From: Octopus sinensis
Lineage: Eukaryota
NCBI RefSeq assembly: GCF_006345805.1
Contig: NW_021834431.1
Location: forward strand, 1-48,501
Direction: 5' to 3'
DNA: 48,501 nt
The notes below the pieces were generated by a model that saw only the letters and a program-made list of their open reading frames with translations, ran no database searches and had not been told where the DNA came from. Below, in pieces: positions 1 through 12,150 of the stretch; position 1 is the first letter of the stretch, and every line of letters starts with the position of its first letter. The position numbers and the translations under genes are program-made.

Positions 1-362
1 CGCAAAAGTGGCTGTGTGATGAGAAGCTTCCTTCCCAACCATATGGTTCCGGGTTCAGTCCCACAGCGTTGTACCTTGAGCCAGTTTCTTCTACTATAGC
101 CTCGGCCGACATAAGCCTTGTGAGTGGACGGAAACTGAAAGAAGCCCGTCGTATGTATTATAGATGTGTGTGTGTGTTCTTTCCTTCATCGTCGCTTGAC
201 AATTGGTGTTGGTGTCTTTAACATAGCGGTTCGGTGAAAAAAGACTGATGGAATAAGTATTAGGCTTAAAGAAATGAGTCCCTGGGTTGATCTGTTCGAC
301 TAAAATTCTTCAAGCCTGTGTTCCAGCATGGCCGCAGTTAGATGACTGAAACAAATAAAAGA
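1..362 (+). mobile_element. SINE family C (tRNA-like head, central microsatellite, CCAGCATGGCCGCAG tail), diverged copy
   Basis: Homologous to copies at 972, 1837, 9017, 20396 and 30980. Has A-box-like TGGCTGTGTG, B-box-like GGTTCAGTCCC and the conserved 3' end CCAGCATGGCCGCAG..GACTGAAACAA. Confidence 0.85.
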
Positions 363-377
363 ATATATATATATATA

Positions 378-631
378 TCAATGATTATGGGTAAAATCAA
401 TTAATCATTTATTAATTTCACCAAGTAGTGTTCAGTATGTAAAAGGACCATTCAAGGCGTATTCAAAATATTACGTTATATAATTAGGGCTCAGTAAAAT
501 AATTTACTTTGCCACAGGGAGACTGTTCTTAAAGTAGTAGAAATGGCTAAAAAAACTTTTTGGCTGCTATTTCTTAAAATTTCAGTATGTGGCAAAGTAA
601 ATTATTTTACTGAGCCCTAATTATATAACGT
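378..631. mobile_element. Non-coding element with a perfect 44-bp inverted repeat (473-516 / 588-631); rearranged relative of the 45975-46325 element
   Basis: ACGTTATATAATTAGGGCTCAGTAAAATAATTTACTTTGCCACA and its exact reverse complement flank a 71-bp spacer. The reverse complement of 378-516 and the forward 517-631 both align by eye to 46100-46325. Confidence 0.75.
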
Positions 632-669
632 TATATATATAGATATATCTATATCTATATATATACACA

Positions 670-885
670 TAGTCAATCCAAACGTGAACAAGCAAGAAAA
701 ATCAACAACGCGAGGACGCAGAATAAGTACAGTGTTATTGGATGCTCAGGAAAGGAAAGAAAAGCAAGAGGATTTCACATTTCGAGCGGTGCTCGTCATC
801 AGAAATATAGAAAAAGGCCAAAGAAGGGAGGACGGAGAAAGAAAGAAAGAAAATCGCCAACGATACACACGCGATCACATATTTA
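670..885 (-). mobile_element. Short non-coding repeat carrying a decayed hammerhead-like motif; same family as 33930-34135
   Basis: The reverse complement aligns along its length with 33930-34135 (e.g. GTCCTCGCGTTGTTG, CCAATAACACT, TTTCCTGAGC). Confidence 0.8.
772..806 (-). ncRNA. Minimal type I hammerhead-ribozyme-like motif, probably inactive
   Basis: Minus strand reads TTT-CTGATGA-C-GAGC-ACC-GCTC-GAAA-TGTG-AAA. The core and 4-bp stem II are intact. The stem III palindrome ACGT is mutated to ATGT and position 17 is G. Confidence 0.6.
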
Positions 886-971
886 AATGACCGAAAGGGA
901 ATGGGTGAAGAAAAAGTTATTTGAAAGACAGGAGAGTGGAAGAGAAGAAAGTACGTATGTGTATGTGTGTA

Positions 972-1385
972 TACTCTTTACTCTCTTTACTCTTTTACTT
1001 GTTTCAGTCATTTGACTGCGGCCATGCTGGAGCACCGCCTTTAATCGAGCAACTCGACCCCGGGACTTATTCTTTTGTAAGCCCAGTACTTATTCTATCG
1101 GTCTTTTTTGCCGAACCGCTAAGTTATGGGGACGTAAACACACCAGCATCGGTTGTCAGGCAATGCTAGGGGACAAACACAGACACACAAACACACACAC
1201 TCATATATATATATACATATATACGACCGGCTTCTTTCAGTTTCCGTCTCCCAAATCCACTCACAAGGCATTGGTCGCCCGAGGCTCTAGCAGAAGACAC
1301 TTGCCCAAGATGCCACGCAGTGGGACTGAACCCGGAACCGTGTGGTTGGTTAGCAAGCTACTTACCACACAGCCACTCCTGCGCC
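972..1385 (-). mobile_element. SINE family C, full length
   Basis: Head GGCGCAGGAGTGGCTGTGTGG with A/B boxes, internal (TA)/(TG) microsatellite, and (TAAAAGAG)-like tail repeats. Confidence 0.9.
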
Positions 1386-1474
1386 TATATATATACTAAT
1401 TTTTTATTCCGTAATTAGATAAAATAACCAAGGCTGTGTAGATTTTAGAACATGCTTTATGCAAAGATATCACA

Positions 1475-1520
1475 AAAACTGTTACTCAGAATTTCATGTT
1501 CCCGTTCATCGGACAGTTTT
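1475..1520 (-). ncRNA. Hammerhead-like motif (CCGA core variant)
   Basis: Minus strand reads AAAACTGT-CCGATGA-ACG-GGAA-CAT-GAAA-TTC-T-GAG-TA-ACAGTTTT. It has a perfect 8-bp stem I and UA at the cleavage position. Confidence 0.6.
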
Positions 1521-1521
1521 G

Positions 1522-1640
1522 CATTACCCACCACCGCGCACTAAAGTCTACCAAATTTCAATGAGGCATTGGCCCATATGGCTCTCATCCAAAGATGTCA
1601 TGCGTTGAAATCGAACCAAAAGCCATTTGGTTGGGGGTGG
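1522..1640 (-). repeat. Old SINE-C-like fragment, also present at 2845-2952
   Basis: Both sites share CTACCAAATTTCAATGAGGCATTGG..CCAAAGATGTC..CGTTGAAATCGAACCAAAA..CCATTTGGTTG. There is weak similarity to the 5' half of SINE C. Confidence 0.55.
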
Positions 1641-1674
1641 TGTATTTTTTTTAAATACACGGTATTTCAACCAC

Positions 1675-1719
1675 AAAACTGTCCGACGAACGGGGACGTG
1701 AAACTCTGAGTAAAAGTTT
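1675..1719 (+). ncRNA. Hammerhead-like motif (CCGA core variant), inverted partner of 1475-1520
   Basis: Reads AAAACTGT-CCGACGA-ACG-GGGA-CGT-GAAA-CTC-T-GAG-TA-AAAGTTT. Stem II is 3 bp with a GNRA loop; stem III is 3 bp plus the A:U pair. Confidence 0.6.
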
Positions 1720-1836
1720 CGGTGATATTTTTGTTGCTTTTTAATAAGGCATATTACTCTACCTCGGGTATTCGAGTACTATCTTTTCCACCTTGTTTCG
1801 CATTTATGTGCTTACTCTGGTGTATATATATATATA

Positions 1837-2053
1837 TTCTTTTACTCTTTTAATTGTTTCAGTCATTTGACTACAGCCATGCTGGAGCACCGCCTTTAGT
1901 TGAGCAAATCGACCCCAGGACTTATTCTTTGTAAGCCTAGTACTTATTCTATCGGTCCCTCTTGCCGAACCGCTAGTTGACGGGGATCTAAACACACCAG
2001 CATCGGTTGTCAAGCGATGGTTGGGGGACAAACACAGACACACAAGCATACAC

Positions 2054-2113
<60 letters not shown>

Positions 2114-2267
2114 TACGACAGTTTCCGTCTACCAAATCCGCTCACAAGGCTTTGGTTGGCCCGAGGTTATAGTAGAAAACACTTTCCCAAGGTGCCATGC
2201 TGTTGGACTGAACCCGGAACCATGTGGTTGTTAAGCAAGTTACTTACCGCATAGCCAAACCTGCGCC
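1837..2267 (-). mobile_element. SINE family C, full length
   Basis: Same head, internal (CA)n and tail as 972-1385. Confidence 0.9.
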
Positions 2268-2269
2268 TA

Positions 2270-2301
<32 letters not shown>

Positions 2302-2377
2302 CATGCATACATTCACTCATACATACACATACACGTGCACATATACATATACATATATACACGCATACACGCACACG

Positions 2378-2425
<48 letters not shown>

Positions 2426-3081
2426 TTCTGCATAGGTGTTCTGATGCATAAGTGTTTGTAAATATAAGTATCTGTGCACCTTGCATCTTGATACGATATG
2501 TGTCATCATGCGTAAAAACTCTACCTGCACATGTGAGAATTTTTATTATATAGATTTTTGTTGCTATTGTTGTCGAACCAATTTCGAATAAATGGCCGTC
2601 CAATGATTCAAGAGTGATTCGAACGTCTCCACGCTTGATGAGATTCTGAGTGGCAACCAGTTTAGTTTCCGGCTGACCGAATTAAATTATTTACATTCTA
2701 CAGCCAATATTGAATGCGCGTCCTCAACTCTGTCTCATGTCTGTCTGTCTGATTGTCTGTCTCTGTCCTTGTCTTTCTCTCTCTCTCTCGTTCTTACACA
2801 CACACACACACATACATACATACACAAATAGTCGTTGCCTTGCACACCACCGCACACGTAAGGCTACCAAATTTCAATGAGGCATTGGCAAATGTGGCTC
2901 TTATCCAAAGATGTCGTGCGTTGAAATCGAACCAAAAACCATTTGGTTGTAGGGGGAATATTTAAAAAAAAATATACGTCATTGTAATACTCTCTCTTTC
3001 ACTCTCCGTCTCTTTCTCTCTCTGTCTCCCTGTCTCTCTGTCTGTCTGTCTGTCTGTCTATCTGTCTGTCTATCTGTCTGT

Positions 3082-3158
<77 letters not shown>

Positions 3159-3174
3159 ACACACACACAAACGC

Positions 3175-3207
<33 letters not shown>

Positions 3208-4006
3208 TTTGTATACACACACACATTTGTATACACACGTACGCTTCCACACACATAGATGCGCATACACAGATACAAATGTATATGCATGGATACACAC
3301 ACATATACACACACACATATACACACATACACACATATTCATGTAACTAGGTGTAGATTGAAAGATAAGACAAGTGGATAGTTAACCAGAGATGAAAAGA
3401 AAAAAAGAAGAACAACAACAAATACAACAACAACTATCTAATAAAACCACACGTAATGTGCACATAATGTTCATATGCATAGAAACACAAAATATATCAA
3501 CGCACAAAACGTACGTACACTTAGGCACAAACGCATGCTTGAAACCACAGATACAACCGTACACGCACATAAATTTATATATAGCTCGCATTCACACACA
3601 CACGAGCGTGCACATACACACACGCGCACACATTACACACATGATACAGAAACATAATTGTCAGAAACACATATGTACATGTACAAATATTGACGAAGGT
3701 GAGCCCAGGCTGTTCTCTATCTGCTGATATACAGTGACTCATTGTACGCGCAGCAACAGCATATTCCTGGCTTTCTTTTACTATGTAACTTCAACTAATA
3801 ACAAACATGGCCGCCGGGAACACTTATTAACGCTCTTAGCCGCCATTGGCCTCCTTTTGCTATCTTTTACAGGCAGAGCAACGACGTCATGCATACATAC
3901 ATACGTACATACGTACGTACGTAAATATATATATGCATAAATACACGCATGTATGCCTTCATATATACACACAAACACATACAAAAGTTTCCATTTTACC
4001 TGTTAC

Positions 4007-4597
4007 TTATTTCTTTATTGCTTACAACGGGCTAAACATAGAGGGGACAAACAGAGGAATTAAGTCGATTACATCGACCCCAGTGCGTAACTGGTACTTA
4101 ATTTATCCATCCCGAAAAGATGAAAGGCAAAGTCGACCTCGACGGAATTTGAACTCAGAACGTAAAGACAGACGAAATACCTATTTCTTTACTACCCAAA
4201 AGGGGCTAAACACAGAGAGGACAAACAAGGACAGACAAAGGGATTAAGTCGAGTATACCGACTCCAGTGCGTATCTGGTACTTAATTTATCGACCCCCGA
4301 AAGGATGAAAGGCAAAGTCGACCTCGGCAGAATTTGAACTCAGAACGTAGCGGCAGACGAAATACCTATTTCTTTACTACCCAAAAGGGGCTAAACACAG
4401 AGAGGACAAACAAGGACAGACAAAGGGATTAAGTCGAGTATATCGACTCCAGTGCGTAACTGGTACTTATTTAATCGATCCCGAAAGGATGAAAGGCAAA
4501 GTCGACCTCGGCAGAATTTGAACTCAGAACGTAGTGGCAGACGAAATACCGCGAAGCATTTCGCCCAGCGTGATAACGTTTCTGCCAGCTCGCCACC
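4007..4597 (-). mobile_element. SINE family B trimer: one tRNA-like head plus three tandem ~184-bp bodies
   Basis: Head at 4551-4597 (GGCGAGCTGGCAGAAACGTTA). Bodies at 4367-4550, 4182-4366 and 4007-4181. Both junctions read AAAGAAATA|GGTATTTCGTC on the minus strand. Confidence 0.85.
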
Positions 4598-4774
4598 CTG
4601 TTACTGTCTACCTTTTAGGTGTTTCAATCAGTGGACTGCGGTAATGCTTTGAAGAGTTTACTCGAACAATGGACCCCAGTACTTATGCTTTTTTTTTAGA
4701 TATTCAACAGCTCTCTTTTGTCGAAGTTATGAGAAAGTAAACAAACCAGCAATGGCAAGCGGTGGGGGTGGAAA

Positions 4775-4900
<126 letters not shown>

Positions 4901-4901
4901 T

Positions 4902-5104
4902 AGGCGACAAGCTGGCAGAATCGTTAGCACGCTGGATGAAATGCTTAGCGGTATTTCGCTTTCGCCCGTCGCTACGTTCTGAGTTCGAATTCCGCCGAGG
5001 TTGACTTGTTCTTTCATCCTTTGGGGGTTGATGAACTAAGTATAATTAATCGGATAGCCCCCTTCCCACAAATTTAAGGCCTTATGCCTATAGTAGAAAG
5101 GATT
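4902..5104 (+). mobile_element. SINE family B, variant with alternative tail (..GGCCTTRTGCCTATAGTAGAAAGGATT + (ATT)n)
   Basis: Shares the head and GTTCTGAGTTC-AATTCCGCCGAGG-TGACT..TTTCATCCTTT with other B copies. Confidence 0.8.
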
Positions 5105-5111
5105 ATTTATT

Positions 5112-5147
<36 letters not shown>

Positions 5148-5700
5148 GAGTGAGAGAGCAGTTCATGCCATCAAAGTGACACTGGGGTAAAATATACGAA
5201 GCCCAATATACCCATCATGACTACCCGTCTGATAAAGGCACACCAGGCACATGCATCACAACCATATGTGCGCGACATGGTGATCTCATATCAAGATAAA
5301 CAGCATATGACCTTGCAGGTGGGGCCCAGTTAGAATTTTCTTCAGGTTGAGTAGCCCATCCCGCTCAAACGGTCCCTGAATAAGGGTTGTTTAAGGATGT
5401 TGAAAGAACCACCCATGTTTCCAGAGGTGAATTATTCAAACCCCACAGAATCCCTCTCAACACATGGCTATGATGCTCCCCCACTACTTCTGCTCGTGAT
5501 CAAGATGCACATATCGTCAGCCACTAAGGGACATGCTCAACTGGTTAAGGTAAAACAACTGACAAGCAAATCTGTGGTATTGAGCAGAATATTTGCTGTA
5601 GCCCATCTTTTATACCAAGACAAAACAATGTACATGATAACACTTGCAATCAGTTAAGATCAGAAGCCATGAGAGCCATTGCCTGGTACTGCATCAGGGC
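5148..5700. repeat. Element D copy 1 (~550 bp, non-coding, embedded in (ATT)n)
   Basis: Near-identical to 5890-6437. No recognisable ORF or tRNA head. Confidence 0.8.
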
Positions 5701-5702
5701 TA

Positions 5703-5767
<65 letters not shown>

Positions 5768-5770
<3 letters not shown>

Positions 5771-5870
5771 TAGATTTGTAGGATGCATGCAGTGCCCAGT
5801 AGTGCAATATTCTGTATGTTATATATATTTGTAAGTCCTGGTGTTTTTGTTATGTATTTGTCTAAATATT
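5768..5870 (-). pseudogene. R4/Dong-type RLE LINE, C-terminal coding fragment
   Basis: Minus-strand translation YLDKYITKTPGLTNIYNIQNIALLGTACIL matches the terminal 'Q..ALLGTAHILR' motif of RLE-encoding LINEs. Confidence 0.7.
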
Positions 5871-5889
5871 TATTATTATTATTATTATT

Positions 5890-6437
5890 GAGTGAGAGAG
5901 CAGTTCATGCCATCAAAGTGACACTGGGGTAAAATATACAAAGCCCAATATACCCATCATGACTACCCGTCTGATAAAGGTACACCAGGCACATGCATCA
6001 CAACCATATGTGCGCGACATGGTGATCTCATATTAAGATAAACAGCACATGACCTTGCAGGGGGCCCAGTTAGAATTTTCTTCAGTTGAGTAGCCCATCC
6101 CGCTCAAACGGTCCCTGAATAAGGGTTGTTTAAGGATGTTGAAAGAACCACCCATGTTTCCAGAGGTGAACTATTCAAACCCCAAAGAATCCCTCTCAAC
6201 ACATGGCTATGATGCTCCCCCACTACTTCTGCTCGTGATCAGAGATGCACATATCGTCAGCCACTAAGGGACATGCTCAACTGGTTATGGTCAAACAACT
6301 GACAAGCAAATCTGTGGTATTGAGCAGAATATTTGCTGTAGCCCATCTTTTATACCAAGACAAAACAATGTACATGATATCACTTCCAATCGGTTAAGAT
6401 GAAAAGTTATGAGAGCCAGTCCGGTACTTCATCATGC
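5890..6437. repeat. Element D copy 2
   Basis: Direct repeat of 5148-5700 with few substitutions. Confidence 0.8.
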
Positions 6438-6501
<64 letters not shown>

Positions 6502-6512
6502 CATTATTATTA

Positions 6513-6582
<70 letters not shown>

Positions 6583-6594
6583 CATTATTATTAT

Positions 6595-6935
6595 TGTATG
6601 TTTTACTTTTGCCTTGTATTTCTACAAGTTGGCTCCAGGTTTCACCCAGAGACAAGTTAGAAATACATGTTGGTGTTACGCCTAGGGCGTCATATATTTT
6701 GTTTTGCGCATAGTATTGTTCTAGAGAATGTTTAAGAAAACATAAGAAAATTATGAGTTTGTTTTAACATTTGAGATTACATAGACAATATCTTACGTAG
6801 GATATGGGCAGTTCCCATGATCACTATTTTTTGGAATTTCTGCTATTTGGAGGTTTCCTGGTATCTGAGCTTGGTAGGAATCAGCCCCTTTTGCTATCAT
6901 TCGTTGGGCACCTACGACAACAGGTATTGTTTTAG
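6595..6935 (-). mobile_element. R4/Dong-type LINE 3' end (ORF C-terminus + 3' UTR + (TAA)n tail)
   Basis: Minus-strand translation with frameshifts reads KTIPVVVGAQRMIAKGADSYQAQIPGNLQIAEI-KIVIMGTAHILRKILSM*, followed by a UTR that runs into (TAA)n. Confidence 0.8.
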
Positions 6936-7062
6936 TTTTTGGTAGGTCTTGACAGATACGCTTATATCGATTAGGACAGTCATATCAATTAGGAGGCATG
7001 AGTTTAGTCTGAAGTCTTTCAATTTATTATTATTATTGTTATTGTTGTTGTTGTTATTGTTA

Positions 7063-7271
7063 AGGAGGCGAACTGGCAGAATCGTTAGCACGCCCCGGAC
7101 AAAATGCTTAGCGGTATTTCGTCGGTCTTTACGTTCTGTGTTCAAAGTCAACTTTGCCTTTCATCCTTTCGGAATCGATAAATTAAGTACCAGTTGCATA
7201 CTGAGGTCGATCTAATCGACTCCTCCCCCACCCGCCACCAAATTTCAGGCCTTGTGGCTATAGTAGAAAGG

Positions 7272-7274
<3 letters not shown>
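7063..7274 (+). mobile_element. SINE family B, alternative-tail variant
   Basis: Homologous to 4902-5104. Contains CCGGACAAAATGCTTA at about 7095-7110. Confidence 0.85.
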
Positions 7275-7321
<47 letters not shown>

Positions 7322-7331
7322 TATCATTATT

Positions 7332-7780
7332 GAGTGAGAAAGCAGTGCATGCCATCAAAGTGACACTGGAGCACAAATATACAAAGCCCAATATATCCAT
7401 CTTGGCTAGCCGTCTGGTAAGGGTACACCAGGCACATGCATCACAACCATATGTGCGCGACAGGGTGATCTCGTATCAAGATAAACATCACATGACCTTG
7501 CGAGTGGAGCCCAGTTAGGATTTTCTTCTGGTCGAGTAGCCCATCTCGTTCAAAATGATGCTTCCCCACTACTTCTGCTCGTGATTAGAGATGCACATAT
7601 CGTCAGCCACTAAGGTTAAGCAATTGGTTACGGTCAAACAACTGACAAGCAAATCTCTGGTATTGAGCAGAATATTTGCTGTATCCCATCTTTTATACCA
7701 AGACAAAACAATGTACATGATATCACTTCCAATCGGTTAAGATGAAAAGTTATGAGAGCCAGTCCGGTACTTCATCATGC
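7332..7780. repeat. Element D copy 3, with an internal deletion of ~100 bp
   Basis: Homologous to copies 1 and 2. It shares end variants (CCAGTCCGGTACTTCATCATGC) with copy 2. Confidence 0.8.
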
Positions 7781-7802
7781 TTTTTATTATTATTATTATT
7801 AT

Positions 7803-8034
7803 TCTATGTTTGACTTTTGCTTTATATTTGTACAAGTTGGCTCCAAGTCTCACTCAGAGACCTCAAGAGACAACAGGTTGGAAGTTCATGTTGTTGTTAT
7901 GCCTAGTGTGCCATATATATATTTTTTTTTGGGGGGGGAGTGTTTGGTGTTGTACTAATGAATGTCTAAAAAAAAAAGTTTCTTTTTCTTATTTTTTTTT
8001 TAAACCGAGAATTATGTTTGTTTTAAACCTTGAG

Positions 8035-8038
<4 letters not shown>
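7803..8038 (-). mobile_element. R4/Dong-type LINE 3' UTR, diverged relative of 6595-6780
   Basis: Shares TACAAGTTGGCTCCA..CTCAC-CAGAGAC..CATGTTG-TGTTA-GCCTAG with the UTR at 6595-6780. Confidence 0.7.
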
Positions 8039-8117
<79 letters not shown>

Positions 8118-8227
8118 TTATTATTATTATATTATTATTATTATTATTATTATTATTGTTATCATTGACATATTTATATATAAAACGCACATAATAACAA
8201 CAACAACAACAACAGCAGTAATAATAC

Positions 8228-8610
8228 AATTTGACAAGATCAGTAAATATAAAGACTTGCTAATAGAAATTGAAAAAATGTGGCATCTTAAGGCGACTAC
8301 AGTACCAGTGATTGTAGGATCTCTAGGAATGATAAAAAAAAGGTACTGAAACCTACTTGAAAATGATACCAGGCTTACCATCCCTACAGGAAGTGCAAAA
8401 AATCGTGTTAACTGGAACGGCTCATGTACTTAGAAGAGCATTATCGCTGTGTAAACAACATCCATTCATGAATTTATTTATTTATTAATTTTTTAAATAC
8501 ATATTTTATCTGTGAATTTGTGTGTGTAATCTGGGAATGCATACAATGAGCTTCTCTGTGCTAGGTGTACGAAAAACACTCAGCGAGAAACGAAAGAAAA
8601 TTTGAAGAAA
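8228..8610 (+). mobile_element. R4/Dong-type LINE 3' end (RLE C-terminus + UTR), different subfamily
   Basis: Translation FDKISKYKDLLIEIEKMWHLKATTVPVIVGSLGMIKK, then a frameshift, then GTETYLKMIPGLPSLQEVQKIVLTGTAHVLRRALS. This carries the RLE K..KY..L and PVIVGxLG motifs. Confidence 0.85.
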
Positions 8611-9016
8611 GAAGGGGAAAAAATAAGAAGAATAATCACATCCCTCTAGAGATGGTGTCTCGATAAAAATACTGGTGGTTGTGGCACCTTATCAACGCCC
8701 TCCCCTCTGCATGCGAGTAAAGAATAAAAGAACTGACACAAACAACGGCGTAAATGTGGACGCGATCTACAGGACACGGGGGTTTCGCCCAGCAGGTGCC
8801 TTGTGGGTGAGCAACACAGGCCCAGCCGTCGTTATGCTGCTGCTAGAATCTAATGGACTAAGACGCTGACTGGTATTTCGATGTTGAATGTCTCCAAATA
8901 TCAAAGCTTCCAATGTCCGGAAAGAGACCCCCGTGAGACCGCTGACAGTTGGATGCTGTCCGACCACACAGAATTCACCGGAGCAAACAAGATCGAACAC
9001 TCTGAGAAGTAAAACA

Positions 9017-9457
9017 ACTCTTTTACTCTTTAAACTGGTTTTTCAGTCATTTGACTGCGGCCATGCTGGAGCACCGCCTTTAGTCGAGCAAATCGATCAC
9101 AGGACTTTTTTCTTTGTAAGCCTAGTACTTATTCTATCGGTCTTTTTTTGCCGAACCGCTAAGTTACGGGGACGCAAGCACGCCACCATCGGTTATCAAG
9201 CGATGTTGGGGTGACAAACACAGATACACAAACACACACACACGCACACACATACACACACAAATACAGACACACACACACATTTACATATACACGACGA
9301 GCTTCTTTCAGTTTCCGTCTACCAAATCTACTCACAAGGCTTTGGTCGGCCTGAGGCTATAGTAGAAGACACTCGCCCAAGGTGCCACGCAGTGGGACTG
9401 AACCCGGAACCATGTGGATGGCAAGCAAGCTACTTACCACACAGCCACTCTTGCGCC
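9017..9457 (-). mobile_element. SINE family C, full length
   Basis: Homology to other C copies. Confidence 0.9.
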
Positions 9458-9503
9458 TATACAACAACAACAACAATAATAATACTCATTATTATTGTTA
9501 TTA

Positions 9504-9554
<51 letters not shown>

Positions 9555-9565
9555 CATTATTATTA

Positions 9566-9612
<47 letters not shown>

Positions 9613-9912
9613 TTATTATTATCATCATCATTATTATTATTATTATCATTATCATTATTATTACTATTATTATTATTATTATTATTATTAGTTGTAGTAG
9701 TAGTAGTTGTAGTAGTAGTATTGCATAATTACATGATCTGTGAATCCATATGGAACGGGGAACAATTGGATAATTGCTCGTAATACTAGCCTTTCACAGT
9801 CCTACAACAGCACCAATAACGACAAACACCAACGTCAAAGAAACCAACATCATCATCATCAACAACAACAACGACAGCTACTCTGATACACAAACCACAC
9901 ACCACGCACACG

Positions 9913-9951
<39 letters not shown>

Positions 9952-10185
9952 ACACACATACGTAGAGGTGATAGTGAATCAGTTTTTAAGTTGGTGATCC
10001 AATATTTACCTTTTCCGAGCACACGTATCCACAACCACAATTCTAGTGTGTAAGCACCATTCCACAGAATTCATGTCTGCACACACAAACCGTATCTTCT
10101 AGTCAAATGCTTCTATTGATTGTTTCGGTCTTACCAACAGTCGCCATTAATAGCTATTTTTAGACATTTTCTATCCTTCTCTGTA

Positions 10186-10218
<33 letters not shown>

Positions 10219-10309
10219 ATCTATTCCTCCTCTCTCTCTCGTTCTCTGTCTCCCTGTGTTTAGTTTGCATGTAGAAGGATACCTCCATGTTTGATGTGCA
10301 GAAGATTGC

Positions 10310-11280
10310 AGGTATGTATACATGTGTGCATACCTCCGTATGTATATATATATATATATGCACGTATGCATAGGTGCAAGTACGTGATTCTGCGTGTATG
10401 TATAGGAGCATGTACATATGCACGTACGCATATAGGTATGATTGTATTCATGCTTGTACGTATATATGCATGTATGTATATATATGTATGTATGTATGTA
10501 TATATATATGCATGTATGCATGTGATCATGTCTTCATGTTTGTGTATATGTATATGTATGTATATATGTATGTATGTGTGTATGTACGTATACATGGGTG
10601 CAAGTATGTATGTGAGCATGTATGAATGTACGCATGTTTTCATGTCTTCATGCATGTATATGAATGTATGTACATATGTATGTATACGTGCATGTACGTA
10701 AGCGTGGGTGCAAGTATGTGTGTGTGCATGTATACACGTGTTCATATCTCCATATATGTGCATGAATGTATGTGTATATGTATGTATATATCTATGTATA
10801 TGTGTATGTACGTATGCATGGTGCAAGTATGTATGTGTGCATGTATGTATGTATATAATTGTGCATGTATGCATGTGTTTATGTTTTCATATATGTGTAT
10901 GTATGTAAGTGTATATGTATGTATACATGTATGTATATGTGTATGTACGTATGCATGGGTGCAAGTATGCATGTATGCATGTATGCATGTATAATTGGGC
11001 GTGAATATATGCATGTTTGAATGCACGTGTGAATATATGTATGGGTGTATGCTCGTAAGTATTAATGCGTATATGCATGCGTGTGTATGTATACCTACGT
11101 GTGTGTTTGTGTGCATGAGTGCAGGTGTAGTGTGTTTGTATCTATGTATGTATATATGTGTACATGTTTGCCTATGTGTGTGTCATTGTACGTGTATATG
11201 CTTGCTTTTGTGAATACTTACATATATGCATATGCATATATGTGTGTATGCATGTATGTGTTCGTGTGTGTGTGTGCATT
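10310..11280. repeat. Degenerate (TATG/CATG/TA)n low-complexity tract
   Basis: Directly visible. It is the source of the spurious MYVC/HTYI ORFs. Confidence 0.9.
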
Positions 11281-11380
11281 TCGTTTTTGTATTTGGTTTA
11301 CAAGATTCTTTATATGAATTCGTGTGTTGAAGCATATTTTATTGCCTAGGAGAGTGATTATCTTTTAATGCCTTATTATC

Positions 11381-11543
11381 TAACTCACTCACCGGTTCGA
11401 TTTTCACTCAATTATTTAGTTTTCTAAAATTTTCGCTGCGTCTTGCAACCTTTCCACGACTATTGAGAAGGTTGCAAGATGCAACGGAAATTTTGGAAAA
11501 ACTAATAAGTAAATGAGTGGAAATCGAACCGGTGAGTGTGTTA
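11381..11543. mobile_element. Foldback MITE-like element (~70-bp imperfect arms, ~10-nt loop)
   Basis: TAACTCACTCACCGGTTCGATTT...TCTTGCAACCTT at the left pairs with AAGGTTGCAAGA...AAATCGAACCGGTGAGTGTGTTA at the right. Superfamily not assignable. Confidence 0.75.
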
Positions 11544-11562
11544 AGTAACAAAGCAATAATAT

Positions 11563-11944
11563 ATGTATGTATGTAGGTATGTATGTATGTATGTATGTAT
11601 GTATGTATGTATGTATGTATGTATGTATGTAGTGTGGTGGTTGTATGTAGGTTATGTATGTATATGTATGTATGTATGTATGATGTGTGTATGTATGTAT
11701 GTATGTATGCATGGATGTATGTATGTACGATGTATGTTGTATGTATGTATGTATGTATGTATGTATGTATGTATGTGTGGTGTGTGTGGTATGTATGTAT
11801 GTATGTATGTATGTATGATGCATGTATGTATGTATGTATGTATGTGTGTGTGTATTGTATGTATGTATATGTATGTGTGTGTGTGGTGTGGTGTATGTAT
11901 GTATTATGTATGTATGTATGTATGTATGTGTGTGTGTGTGTATG

Positions 11945-11976
<32 letters not shown>

Positions 11977-12072
11977 TGTAGGTGTGTGGTGTATGTATGT
12001 ATGTATGTATGTATGTATGTGTGTATGTATGTATGTATGCATGTATGTATGTATGTATGTACGTACGTATAG

Positions 12073-12104
<32 letters not shown>

Positions 12105-12150
12105 TGTGTGTGTGTGTATGTATGTATGTATGTATGTATGTATGTATGGT
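11563..12150. repeat. (TATG)n microsatellite, ~590 bp with interruptions
   Basis: Directly visible. Confidence 0.95.
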
